Assembly (NCBI GenBank): GCA_038251135.1
Contig: JBBSBR010000003.1
Location: 1 to 53,236 of the forward strand
From: Candidatus Saccharimonadia bacterium
Lineage (GTDB): Bacteria > Patescibacteriota > Saccharimonadia > UBA4664
Reading direction: 5' to 3'
Length of the DNA stretch: 53,236 nt
Shown: positions 37,208-46,242 of the stretch, piece after piece
Numbering within the stretch: the stretch's first letter is position 1
How the letters are laid out: each line of letters starts with the position of its first letter
Notes under the pieces: model-generated
What the model saw: only the letters and a program-made list of their open reading frames with translations
The model's database searches: none
Told to the model about the DNA's origin: nothing
Position numbers and translations under genes: made by a program

Positions 37208-38095
37208 ATGAACAGCACCATCACCAAGCGTTACCGCGTCATTGCCACGACCACCATCGGCTTCGTCGACCCCAAGGTTGACACTATCGTGAAGTGGGAG
37301 GGCACCGACACCGATGAGCTGAGCCGAGAATACCCGCCCAGCGACATCATGTTCGCCGACCCGCTTGACCAGAAGGAAATCGAGGATGGATTCATCATCA
37401 CTCGCTTCGCCTTCGAGCAGCAGCTCACTGACGGCTCCTGGGAGCAAATCGACGACCCCCGTCGCCGGCTCACCCCCATTACCACCTACGAGCGTGCCAT
37501 CGACGAGGAGAACCGCCGCCTGTATCCTGGTGACTACATCACCGAGTGCCAGGACTGCGGCTACGACGATTGTCGCTGCGACGACAACAGTGTCGACTGC
37601 ACTGCGTGCAACGACAACGGGTGCGCCAAGTGCGACCCCGACTGGTGCACGGCATGCGACAACAACGGGTGCGCCAAGTGCGACCCCGGCAACGTCTGCC
37701 CGTCGTGCAAGCACTACGTCTACGGCGAATCGCTGAGCATCGGCTCCGGTCTGTGCCAGAACTGCGAGATCAACGAGCGGCTCTGCACACAGTGCGGTTA
37801 CAACTCCCACAACGGCGAAGACCGCCTCTGTGGCAGCTGCCGCTCCGACAACGAGTGGGAAGCCGCCCTCAAGTGCAGCAACTGCTACAACGCTGTCGTT
37901 GCCCAGGAAGGCGACAACTGCCCGGCCTGCCCGGCCTGCCAGGCCATCCTGGACACCCAGTGCATCTACTGCCAACGCGACGTTGCCGACGGTGACGACA
38001 AGCTGTGCAGTGACTGCCGAGAGTACGTATCCGACCTGGACAAGTACTACGGCTGGTGGCGTCGGGCGCTTCGTGCGTGCAAGTTCTGGCGCTAG
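37208..38095 (+). CDS. Cysteine-rich multi-CxxC hypothetical protein
   Basis: GAGGAG SD; 30 Cys, 14 CxxC; strong C/G third-position bias; internal 48-nt duplication 37598-37688. Confidence 0.85.
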   Translation: MNSTITKRYRVIATTTIGFVDPKVDTIVKWEGTDTDELSREYPPSDIMFADPLDQKEIEDGFIITRFAFEQQLTDGSWEQIDDPRRRLTPITTYERAIDEENRRLYPGDYITECQDCGYDDCRCDDNSVDCTACNDNGCAKCDPDWCTACDNNGCAKCDPGNVCPSCKHYVYGESLSIGSGLCQNCEINERLCTQCGYNSHNGEDRLCGSCRSDNEWEAALKCSNCYNAVVAQEGDNCPACPACQAILDTQCIYCQRDVADGDDKLCSDCREYVSDLDKYYGWWRRALRACKFWR

Positions 38096-38254
38096 AGCGA
38101 CAGAGAACTGCATCCGGGAGGGTGGACGGGTGAAGGACGCATCCGCGTTCGCAATATCACTCGTTCCACCTTCCCGCAGTTCCCCAAGTGCATCTGTTTC
38201 AGATGTGTTTAGTGAACTGAATAGGGGTAAAGAAATAGGTAAATAACGGTAAAA

Positions 38255-38458
38255 CTATTCGCTCCAACTCGGCGTGTAACTGAGTGGCTCGATAGTCATT
38301 TCTTCTGACTCACCATAGAAAACTAAAGGCCCCGCCTCTTTTTCGAGCAGGGCAGTCAGCTGCCGCTCGAGCTGTTTAAGCCGTTCGGCTGGTATGTCGC
38401 TTAAAATTACAGCCGTCCAGCTCCTCTCGGTCCTTCTGGAGCCGTTTGCCGAGGACAA
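38255..38458 (-). CDS. Small hypothetical protein
   Basis: 67 aa ORF with plausible alpha/beta pattern; TTG start uncertain. Confidence 0.4.
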   Translation of the reverse strand: MSSANGSRRTERSWTAVILSDIPAERLKQLERQLTALLEKEAGPLVFYGESEEMTIEPLSYTPSWSE

Positions 38459-38594
38459 TCAGCCGGTGTTGCTTGGATGCCCAACCAAACACCTGGTAAC
38501 AATCGGGTGTTTGGTTTATGTATCAAACGACCTCTGAGGTCACCTAGGAAGGATGTCTGCCCCCCCCTGATATAATTGACTCAAAGGAGCGGCG

Positions 38595-38972
38595 ATGGGG
38601 AAAGTTACGGCGATTGATACGATTCTGCTCAAAGCGGTCAATGCCAGCTCGGAGAGCATTGTGGTGACGGACCCGAACCAAGAGGGTAATCCGATCATCT
38701 TTGCCAACAAGGTCTTCGAAGAGCTGACGCAGTACTCCATGGACGAGATCATCGGGAGCAACTGCCGCTTCCTGCAGGGTGACGACCTGGATCAACCGGA
38801 AATCGCCCGCATACGTTCAGCCGTCGGTTTCGGGACCGAGGTCAAGGTAACGCTCCGCAACTACCGCAAGGACGGCACCATGTTCTTAAACGAACTGTCG
38901 ATTTCGCCGGTCCACGACGCGCAGGGGCGGCTGAAGTACTTCATCGGGGTTCAACGGGTCGTCGGGAGGTAG
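38595..38972 (+). CDS. Stand-alone short LOV (flavin-binding PAS) protein
   Basis: GSNCRFLQG, RNYRKDG, LNEL, FIGVQ; AAGGAG SD. Confidence 0.92.
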   Translation: MGKVTAIDTILLKAVNASSESIVVTDPNQEGNPIIFANKVFEELTQYSMDEIIGSNCRFLQGDDLDQPEIARIRSAVGFGTEVKVTLRNYRKDGTMFLNELSISPVHDAQGRLKYFIGVQRVVGR

Positions 38973-39157
38973 AATTGTCCATAATCACAACCGAAGCAAA
39001 CAATCAGCGATACGGTTTGTGAGGTGCCTCGCGATTGGCCGGTATAATTTTGTTACTTAAAATTTTAAGATTATAGTAAGATATTTTTTCGCCGGACATC
39101 CGAAGATCTGACGAGCCATACAGGGTAATATTCACTGATAAATAAGGAATGTGCAGT

Positions 39158-39403
39158 ATGGAATCTTCTAAAGGAATCGGAGCAATGTCGATTATAGCCT
39201 TTGTGCTGGTAGTCGTCGGCGGGCTTAACTGGGGGTTGGTCGGGTTGTTTGAATTCAACCTGGTAACCTACCTCTTCGGCGAGGGCAGCGCTTTGTCGAG
39301 ATTAGTCTTCGTATTGGTGGGATTGTCGGCCGTATATCTGGCGGCGGCGGTGCCAATGATGTTGCGGCGGGGCATACCCCAGGCCGTTCAGCCAACCCGC
39401 TAG
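39158..39403 (+). CDS. DUF378-family small membrane protein
   Basis: LVVVGGLNWGLVGLFEFNLV..LFG...LVGLSAVY. Confidence 0.9.
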   Translation: MESSKGIGAMSIIAFVLVVVGGLNWGLVGLFEFNLVTYLFGEGSALSRLVFVLVGLSAVYLAAAVPMMLRRGIPQAVQPTR

Positions 39404-39553
39404 TGGGCAATATGCTTAACTGACAAGCCGAGCATTCGCACTGACGGCTTACACTCAATAAATACCCGGCAACGACCGGGTATTTCTTCGTTTAATGCAG
39501 GTTAGTGAGTAAGAACGGTCTAAGAATTCGTTGTAACAAACACTACAAACAGA

Positions 39554-40639
39554 TTAATTATCAGCAGAAAAGAATATGACCCCGCTTGTGCGGGGCCAGT
39601 CGGTTATGGGCAGGTACGGGGAGAAGAGCGGCTCGACGTCCGGTTCGGTGCGCGGCCCGCTGATCACGAGCCTGCCGAGCCGATAACGAGGTCCGGAAGG
39701 CACGTTGGCATCGCACTCGGTGCGGACCGGGCAACTGCCGCAGGCGAGCCCGAAAGCCTCGATGTCGGTAGTTTAGTTCCAATCCGGCTCGTAGGCAATT
39801 TGCACCGTACTTCGGGCGTTGTAGCTGCCGATCTGCAGCGTCCGGTTACCAGGATTACGCCGGCGCAACGTTCGGGACAGTATCCATAGCGCATCGGCAA
39901 ACCGATTGCCGTCCAGTCCGTGTCTGAGTTGGTAGTCCAGGTACAGATCCCGAAGCAGCGCTTGGATGGCTTCGAACTCGCGGTCCGACTTCGCTATGAG
40001 GAGATCGCCGTCGCTGCGGCGCAGGATCCCGGTGGCGATTGCCACCCGCTGCAGGTGGAAGTCCACCGGCGGCGGGAATGGGAACGGCGTGATGAGATTC
40101 TCCTCCATGAGGAAGTAGAGCAGCATGCTCACCATCTTGGAGCGGAAGCCGATGAAGCCGTCGCCATTACTCTGGTGCAGACGGCGTTTGGCTTCCTCGA
40201 AGTCCGTAACTCCATCCAATATATTGAGTACGTTGCCGTCCCACCGGTCGATGAGGCGTTGCGCATTCTCAATCCACCCCGGGGCGGATTGATGCATGCC
40301 CAGACTCACCCTAGTCAGCAGCTCGACGATGCGCTTGGGCTGGAGTTGGGCGGCATCGCGGACGTTGAACGGGTTGCGACAACGGCGCGGTGCCAGGTAT
40401 TCGTAGAGCACTCCGAGCTGTTTGGCGGCATCGGTGCTGTTGACCCCGCCACGCATCCAGAGGCAAACGACCATCCAGTACCAGGCTTCTTCGGCTCCGC
40501 ATCGCTTGAGCGAGGACGGTATGAATTGCTGCGGCAGCATTGTGAAGGCATGCTTGTAGGGGTATTGGCCGGATGCGTAGCGTTCCCAGATCTTACCGAG
40601 GACCACCTCGGCTCGAGGCTGGTCAACGGTATAGATCAT
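39554..40639 (-). pseudogene. HhH-GPD/endonuclease III-like DNA glycosylase interrupted by an in-frame TAA (39773-39775)
   Basis: GFRSKMVSM (HhH-like), PPVDFH, ALWILSR; the same frame continues after the stop with CGSCPVRTEC. Confidence 0.65.
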
Positions 40640-40903
40640 GGTTTACTCCCTAGCTGAAGGTTCGGACAGGGCCTAGCTTATAGTCAGCCCGGACATACGT
40701 CAAGACGCGGTATCAATCCAGTAACACTTGCGGCAGAAATCGTTGTAATTATATCAACAAAAGCATCCCCGTAATTGATTGCCAGCTATCGTCAGTCCGA
40801 GCATAGCTTTAGTTTTTTGCTGTATGCGCGTAAGATACACTCGATAGCGGCTATGGCGCCGCCAGGCGTTTCCAGCCCTTTGATACCGACCCGAGAGGCA
40901 AAC

Positions 40904-41260
40904 ATGACCCGAAAAGTAACCGTTGCGGGCCTCGCCGCCGGGGCACTGGTGACGGCGGGGATCGCGGCCATTGAGAGCTACCGACTCGGCCACAAGCTCA
41001 CCGAAGAGGAGCATGATCATCTGCACGGACTGGTGAAGTGGCTTCATGCCGTGGATGACGGATCCGATACGCCTGATCATCTCCAGCTGGTACGTTTTTG
41101 GGGCAGGCTCAAAGACCGGGGTTTTATAGCACCGGGACGGTTGGCGTCACTCGTCACCCAGTTCCGAATCGGAACGTATCTGGACGATCAGGTGGTTAAC
41201 TTCATTGAGTCCGAACTCAGACGAATTGAGGATCGGTCGGATCTGGATCATCTGGCTTAG
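40904..41260 (+). CDS. Hypothetical protein with N-terminal hydrophobic helix
   Basis: GAGG upstream of ATG 40904; terminator-like hairpin at about 41317-41340. Confidence 0.6.
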   Translation: MTRKVTVAGLAAGALVTAGIAAIESYRLGHKLTEEEHDHLHGLVKWLHAVDDGSDTPDHLQLVRFWGRLKDRGFIAPGRLASLVTQFRIGTYLDDQVVNFIESELRRIEDRSDLDHLA

Positions 41261-41346
41261 CCGCCGGGCGGTCCGATAATACCGTGCAGTTCGTTCGCCC
41301 TCACGGGCGGGGCATGACGCTCCTTCCGTGGGGGCGTTTTGCTATT

Positions 41347-41946
41347 CTAAAGCCCGAGTCGATGAGCGATCGCCTCTACGCGGTCGACGTAACTCCATGA
41401 ATGGTTATAGCTGTACAGCGCATTGCGAATTCGTCCGCGGTCGGCGCCGCCCGCAGCCAGATACCGTCCGGCCGAATACATGGCGTCGTCCAGATCGGTG
41501 ATGTCACGCGTGCCGTTGCCGTCGCCATCGACCGCGTAGGTACGAAAGGTTGCCGGCATGAACTGCATCGGACCGGTAGCGCCGGCGGAGGAGCGGCGTG
41601 AGGTACTGCCGGCTTGGTTGGTTTCTACCTTGTGGACAGCGGCCAACAATTGCCAAGGGGCACCCGTATGTGTCTGTACGGCCAGGTAGAGGGCGGCATA
41701 CTCCGCGTGCAGTCCGGCTTGCGTGAGCTTGGCCGTAGCTTCCGCGACCGGGTCGGAGGCGGGCGCCGGCACGGGAGCAGGGGAGACAGCTACTGCCTTG
41801 GCAAGGGGCTTGGTACTCACCCGAGCGGGCGTAATGCGCGTGGCGGGCTTGGCGGCTAAGGCGTCGTGAGTAAACTGGCAGACGTTGAGGGTGAGTGCCA
41901 TCGCTAGGCTGATGATTACGGCTGTTTTGAGGTCGATTTGGGTCAC
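41347..41946 (-). CDS. Secreted lytic transglycosylase (SLT domain)
   Basis: Signal/TM, WQLLAAVHKVET, GATGPMQFMPATF, ALYSYNHS..YV. Confidence 0.9.
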   Translation of the reverse strand: MTQIDLKTAVIISLAMALTLNVCQFTHDALAAKPATRITPARVSTKPLAKAVAVSPAPVPAPASDPVAEATAKLTQAGLHAEYAALYLAVQTHTGAPWQLLAAVHKVETNQAGSTSRRSSAGATGPMQFMPATFRTYAVDGDGNGTRDITDLDDAMYSAGRYLAAGGADRGRIRNALYSYNHSWSYVDRVEAIAHRLGL

Positions 41947-42113
41947 GGGTTATGGTCCATCTTTTTGTTGGCGATGAAACATTGTCTGCCCGAAGCGATT
42001 ATTCGTCAACCTTAAGCGAAACCACTACTGATTGCCTGCCTATTTACAGATACGTCATGCTCAATTACGCTAATGCCACTCGTACGTTCACATATCTCCC
42101 GTCGAAGGGGGGA

Positions 42114-42281
42114 ATGATGCTCAAATCGGATCAGACCGAAGGATCTCTTGCGGCCTGCGCCGCAGTCCGACCGGTTTGCGTCAAGCACGAATGCGTCCAG
42201 CCTGCCGGCGAGGATGGTGTACATTGCGAAGACCATCGGTTTGAGCTCTCGCTGGACTTTCATGAGACGACCGCTGCGTAG
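42114..42281 (+). CDS. Possible small Cys/His-containing protein
   Basis: Purine-rich SD-like run; C-x4-C-x10-C-x2-H pattern; sits just upstream of the 42299 ORF. Confidence 0.35.
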   Translation: MMLKSDQTEGSLAACAAVRPVCVKHECVQPAGEDGVHCEDHRFELSLDFHETTAA

Positions 42282-42298
42282 AGAGGCGATGGGATCCT

Positions 42299-42898
42299 AT
42301 GACGACGGGTATCTGGGACGATGAGGTTGCAACGTTTGAAAACGTATTGCGGCTGATCCGCAGCGAGCTCCCGATCGAGTACGTCGGATGGCGGATAGCG
42401 GGCCGCGCCGAGGATCGTTTGGCAGATAGGATTTTATTCGGGATTGCCGGTTTCTGGGCTCATGATACTCTGGTGACGAGTCGGCGCGACGACGGGACCA
42501 CCGAGTTGATAGTTCACAACGACGGCACCCAGTACAATACCGGCATCATTGTGATTTCCGGGGAGGAAGGCGACGTTCAAGAGCGGATGCGGCTCGTAAA
42601 GTCGAGCATCGTAAAAGCCGAACTGCCTCCCGAGGCAATTGAGGCGTCCGTTGAAATCTGCGAATACTGGTCTGAGATCGGTCCGGACGAAAAGTCAGCG
42701 ATCGGCGAGCATGCCATCATCGAGGCGCTCCTCAACGGAGTACCGCTAGTCTTCATGACTTTCAATCGAGTTGTGAGTACAAACTCCATTTACGGCGTGC
42801 TCTGGCACCCACGCACCTTCACCCCTCAGGACAGCTTGGCGCACATCCAGGACAGAGTTCAGGATTACGTTTACGCCGAGATGACCGCCAGTCTTTAG
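42299..42898 (+). CDS. Hypothetical protein
   Basis: 199 aa acidic ORF filling the region; no motif recognised. Confidence 0.65.
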   Translation: MTTGIWDDEVATFENVLRLIRSELPIEYVGWRIAGRAEDRLADRILFGIAGFWAHDTLVTSRRDDGTTELIVHNDGTQYNTGIIVISGEEGDVQERMRLVKSSIVKAELPPEAIEASVEICEYWSEIGPDEKSAIGEHAIIEALLNGVPLVFMTFNRVVSTNSIYGVLWHPRTFTPQDSLAHIQDRVQDYVYAEMTASL

Positions 42899-43008
42899 TC
42901 CTAGTTCCTTGCCCCGCTGCATAGCGGGGCATTATTATGTCCGCCGGCCCGATGTGCGGGCGCAGTCGAAATGTTACTATGGTTACCAGATAAGGAATCA
43001 AAACACCC

Positions 43009-43437
43009 ATGGCCATCTACTATACCGACGGCAGCTGCGAACCCAACCCCGGAACCGGCGGTTTTGCCGTTATCAAAGACATGAAGCCCTATATTCTCGA
43101 CGGGGAAGACGAGCCGACTACGAATATCCGCATGGAAGGACTGGCACTGATCGCGGCGCTCAAAGACGCCGGCAGCGAGCCGGCCGTCATCCATACCGAC
43201 AGCGAGTTTTGGATAAACGTGATCACCAAATGGGCGCCTGCCTGGGAGGCCAACGGTTGGCGCAAGAAGGGCGGTGAGATCAAGAATCTCGACATCGTGC
43301 GCGAGGTGACACCGCTCTACCGGGCATCCAAGGCCGAGCTGGTGTGGGTGCGCGGTCACAATGACGATCCGGGCAATGAACTGGCTGATCACTGGGCCAA
43401 TGAAGCACGCAAACAGCAACTCGCCAAACGTCGGTAG
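43009..43437 (+). CDS. rnhA: Ribonuclease HI
   Basis: YTDGSC.PNPG.GG, TTNIRME, TDS, WVRGH..GNELAD. Confidence 0.95.
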   Translation: MAIYYTDGSCEPNPGTGGFAVIKDMKPYILDGEDEPTTNIRMEGLALIAALKDAGSEPAVIHTDSEFWINVITKWAPAWEANGWRKKGGEIKNLDIVREVTPLYRASKAELVWVRGHNDDPGNELADHWANEARKQQLAKRR

Positions 43438-43661
43438 CAACTCGCATCCGATACAGCATGTGGTTAATAAAGTTGTAAGATATACAACGTTATTATATCG
43501 CCAAGGCAACATGCAGTCATTTGCAGGCCTGAACACCAATATGCGTCAGATCGGTTAAATACCTTGGAAAAGGGATTTACTACCATCAGATTTCGATAGT
43601 GTGAATCGTTCGGCGGTGTGGGGCGAAGTATGTCATAATTGCACCTAGAATTGAGCCAACG

Positions 43662-43874
43662 ATGAATGAACCCCTAAGTACCGAACAGCGTGAAGCGATC
43701 GACAAAGATCGCAACTGTATGAGCAAACTGACCTGGGCGACCGAAGAGCAAGCCCGGGCGGCTGCGAGTTATGCCAAATGGCAGTACGGCGGGGACGATT
43801 CGAAACCGAGACCTTATAGGTGCCGGCATTGCCTGAAGTGGCACCTGTCTCGGGACTATCGAGACGCCGACTAA
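43662..43874 (+). CDS. Small zinc-finger hypothetical protein
   Basis: C..K.....A...A and YRCRHCLKWHL. Confidence 0.75.
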   Translation: MNEPLSTEQREAIDKDRNCMSKLTWATEEQARAAASYAKWQYGGDDSKPRPYRCRHCLKWHLSRDYRDAD

Positions 43875-43877
43875 AGC

Positions 43878-44927
43878 CTAGGCGGCGAGCCGGTCCTTGA
43901 GGAGTTCTTTGGCCACCACCTGAAGCGTTGCCGCGGCCGGGATGGCGATCAGTGCGCCGACGATACCCGCCATGGCTCCGCCCAGCAGGATAGAAACCAA
44001 AACGATGAGCGGCGATATTTCCACGCTCTTGGAGTAGACCATGGGGTTCAAGACGTTATTTTCCAGCTGCACATATAGGATCGTGAATACGGAGAAGACT
44101 ATGGCGGTCGTAACTTCGCCGGAGAGCAGACTGATGATCGCGACGATCACGGCGCCAATCGTGGAACCGACCAACGGTATCAAGTCGATTAATCCGACGA
44201 CTAAACCAAGCGGAAGCCAATACGGGCTGCCCATGACCCACAGGACAATCGCGCTGCTTACGCCAAAGACTACGCTCAAGATGAGATTACCGACGACGTA
44301 ACCCGTAATTATGACGTAAACTTTGCGGCCGATTTTCGCGGCCCGCTCGCGATTTTCCGGCACGATGATTCTTAAGGCGAGTGCCTTCAACGACTTGCCC
44401 TCGACCGTCATAAAAAATATGAGCGTAACTATTGCAACCAAGGCGATAACGCTGTTGATGGTCGCCATGAGAATACCGACCAAGGCGCCGCCGATGGCCG
44501 AGGCCGAGAGGACGATATTGGATATATTTGCCTGGATGTACTGATCGATGTCGGACTGCGTGAGGTTGATGTTCTGGGCGATCGGCGTGTTGGTCAGGAA
44601 CTTGGATGCCTGGTGGATTAGGTCGGGAATGCTGGCAATCAGGCTGGATGTTTGTTGGATCAGCGGAGCGAGAAAGAGATACGCTAGGATAGATAGGCCG
44701 ACCGCCCCGGCGGCTAACACCGTGATGGCGGCTAGGGAAATATTGTTTTTGGGCATGTAGCGTGACACCCGATGAACGAGCGGGTTGATGGCGACCGCAA
44801 AGAACGCCGCGATACCGATCCAGAGTAACGGCTCGCGAGCGAGGTAGAACAGGTATAAGACGGCAAAGACGCTGACGATGATGGCCGTAGCGAGAACGAC
44901 CCGGTTGATAAAGAATTTGGTATTCAT
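43878..44927 (-). CDS. AI-2E family transporter
   Basis: LIPLVGSTIG, QLENNVLNP, GIVGALIAIP. Confidence 0.92.
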   Translation of the reverse strand: MNTKFFINRVVLATAIIVSVFAVLYLFYLAREPLLWIGIAAFFAVAINPLVHRVSRYMPKNNISLAAITVLAAGAVGLSILAYLFLAPLIQQTSSLIASIPDLIHQASKFLTNTPIAQNINLTQSDIDQYIQANISNIVLSASAIGGALVGILMATINSVIALVAIVTLIFFMTVEGKSLKALALRIIVPENRERAAKIGRKVYVIITGYVVGNLILSVVFGVSSAIVLWVMGSPYWLPLGLVVGLIDLIPLVGSTIGAVIVAIISLLSGEVTTAIVFSVFTILYVQLENNVLNPMVYSKSVEISPLIVLVSILLGGAMAGIVGALIAIPAAATLQVVAKELLKDRLAA

Positions 44928-45051
44928 CTGCGAGATGCCTCGGTTGTTCGATTTGGTTTAAATAATGCCATTTGTCGGGACTTAACTCAAGCCTATTATG
45001 TTTTTGAAAGTGCATTGTCGCACGGCTGCGGTATGCGGTAAACTTGATGGA

Positions 45052-45750
45052 ATGCGTGTAAGAACTGTGATTATAAGTAGCCTGGTAGTGGTCACCGGGG
45101 TAGCAGCCGGCTTCGGGGGTATCTGGTATGCCCAGAGTCAGGCGGCGGAATCGAACCCGGTCGCAGCCAGCAACGGTGGCTCCGTACCGCTGAGCATTTC
45201 CGAGAGCTCGTCACAAACCGTACCGCTCAGCCAGTTTGACGCATCACCGTCGCAAACAGGAAATAATACGGATAATACGCAAAATAATACAGGAAATAGC
45301 CTCAAAGTGAATGACAATACTCAAAATCCTAGCAATAATTCAAATGCCCCCCAAACATCATCTGCCGCCCCTACGCTGGCCGAGCTGGAGCAATATGATA
45401 CGTCGTATAGGGACAAGGACTCAGCCTTTTTCGGCGATCTTAAGGTTGGCGACGGCGAAGAGGCGGTCAGCGGCAAGACTATCGTTGTCGATTACCGCGG
45501 TTGGCTGACCGACGGCCGGATATTTGACGAGTCGTACCAGACGGGCAAGCATTTCGAGTTTGTACTGGGTAAGCAGCAGGTAATTACCGGTTGGGAAGAA
45601 GGTATCGCGGGGATGAAAGTTGGCGGCAAACGGCGCATCATCGTACCCCCATCGGTCGGTTATGGCGCGAAGGCGGTCGGACCGATTCCCGCCAATTCGT
45701 TGCTCGTTTTTGACGTTGAATTGCTCGACGTTCAGCCGACAAGTCGGTAA
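45052..45750 (+). CDS. Membrane-anchored FKBP-type peptidyl-prolyl isomerase
   Basis: VDYRGWL.DG..FD.S, VITGWEEG, GMKVGGKR, IPANSLLVFDVEL. Confidence 0.93.
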   Translation: MRVRTVIISSLVVVTGVAAGFGGIWYAQSQAAESNPVAASNGGSVPLSISESSSQTVPLSQFDASPSQTGNNTDNTQNNTGNSLKVNDNTQNPSNNSNAPQTSSAAPTLAELEQYDTSYRDKDSAFFGDLKVGDGEEAVSGKTIVVDYRGWLTDGRIFDESYQTGKHFEFVLGKQQVITGWEEGIAGMKVGGKRRIIVPPSVGYGAKAVGPIPANSLLVFDVELLDVQPTSR

Positions 45751-45780
45751 TTAATGGAATTTTGCCTACCAAAGGTGATT

Positions 45781-46200
45781 TTATAAGAGAGTATAGCTGA
45801 CGGTTCTCGGCCGGAAGAGGAGGTAGATCTCCCATATGACGGCCAGCAGTACGAGGGGCTGGAGGGCAAAATGGAGACCCGCAAGCGTCAGGCTCAAGGT
45901 AGTTCCGATTGCCATCACGACGCCGGCGCCAAGGGCCATCGGCCAACCCCAGCCGTAGTTGCGCCAGAGTCCGACCGAGCTCAAGACAAACGCCAAGCCA
46001 ATGACGACCAGAAAAACCCCTATCGAGCGAAAGTCGGTTATGGGCAGACCATCCAGTAGACGGTTCGAAAGCGCCAGAGACGCTCCCGATGAATCAGCCA
46101 TGAGTACCGTACCGTAATACAAGCTTACGAGCCCCATCACCGTGTTCAGGACGGCAAGGAGGACAACGGCGAATGGGCGGTAGTCGGCAGGTGTTTTCAT
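45781..46200 (-). CDS. 4-TM membrane hypothetical protein
   Basis: Four hydrophobic helices; TATAAT 10 nt upstream on the minus strand. Confidence 0.7.
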   Translation of the reverse strand: MKTPADYRPFAVVLLAVLNTVMGLVSLYYGTVLMADSSGASLALSNRLLDGLPITDFRSIGVFLVVIGLAFVLSSVGLWRNYGWGWPMALGAGVVMAIGTTLSLTLAGLHFALQPLVLLAVIWEIYLLFRPRTVSYTLL

Positions 46201-46242
46201 TCTATGTGCATTATACCCCAACCGGTGCGGTATAATGACTCT

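Noticed and set aside
37598-37688. AAC-rich duplicated segment as a DGR TR/VR pair
   Set aside because: Adjacent in-frame tandem copies with reciprocal AAC/GAC swaps and a T/G difference; an ordinary intragenic duplication
37160-38113. Long antisense and alternate-frame ORFs (also 1782-2426, 5494-6192, 13236-14039, 14499-15257, 19785-20378, 39920-40657, 44287-45015)
   Set aside because: Shadow ORFs of well-supported genes caused by GC-rich codon bias
38171-38186. TTCCCGCAGTTCCCCA as an attR copy of the tmRNA 3' end
   Set aside because: Several mismatches over 16 nt, and mostly explained as the 3' arm of the 38105-38182 hairpin
39773-39775. Stop-codon reassignment explaining the read-through frame
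   Set aside because: The stop is TAA, used normally by many genes here; TGA also terminates genes (dinB, murT, gatD), so the code is standard 11
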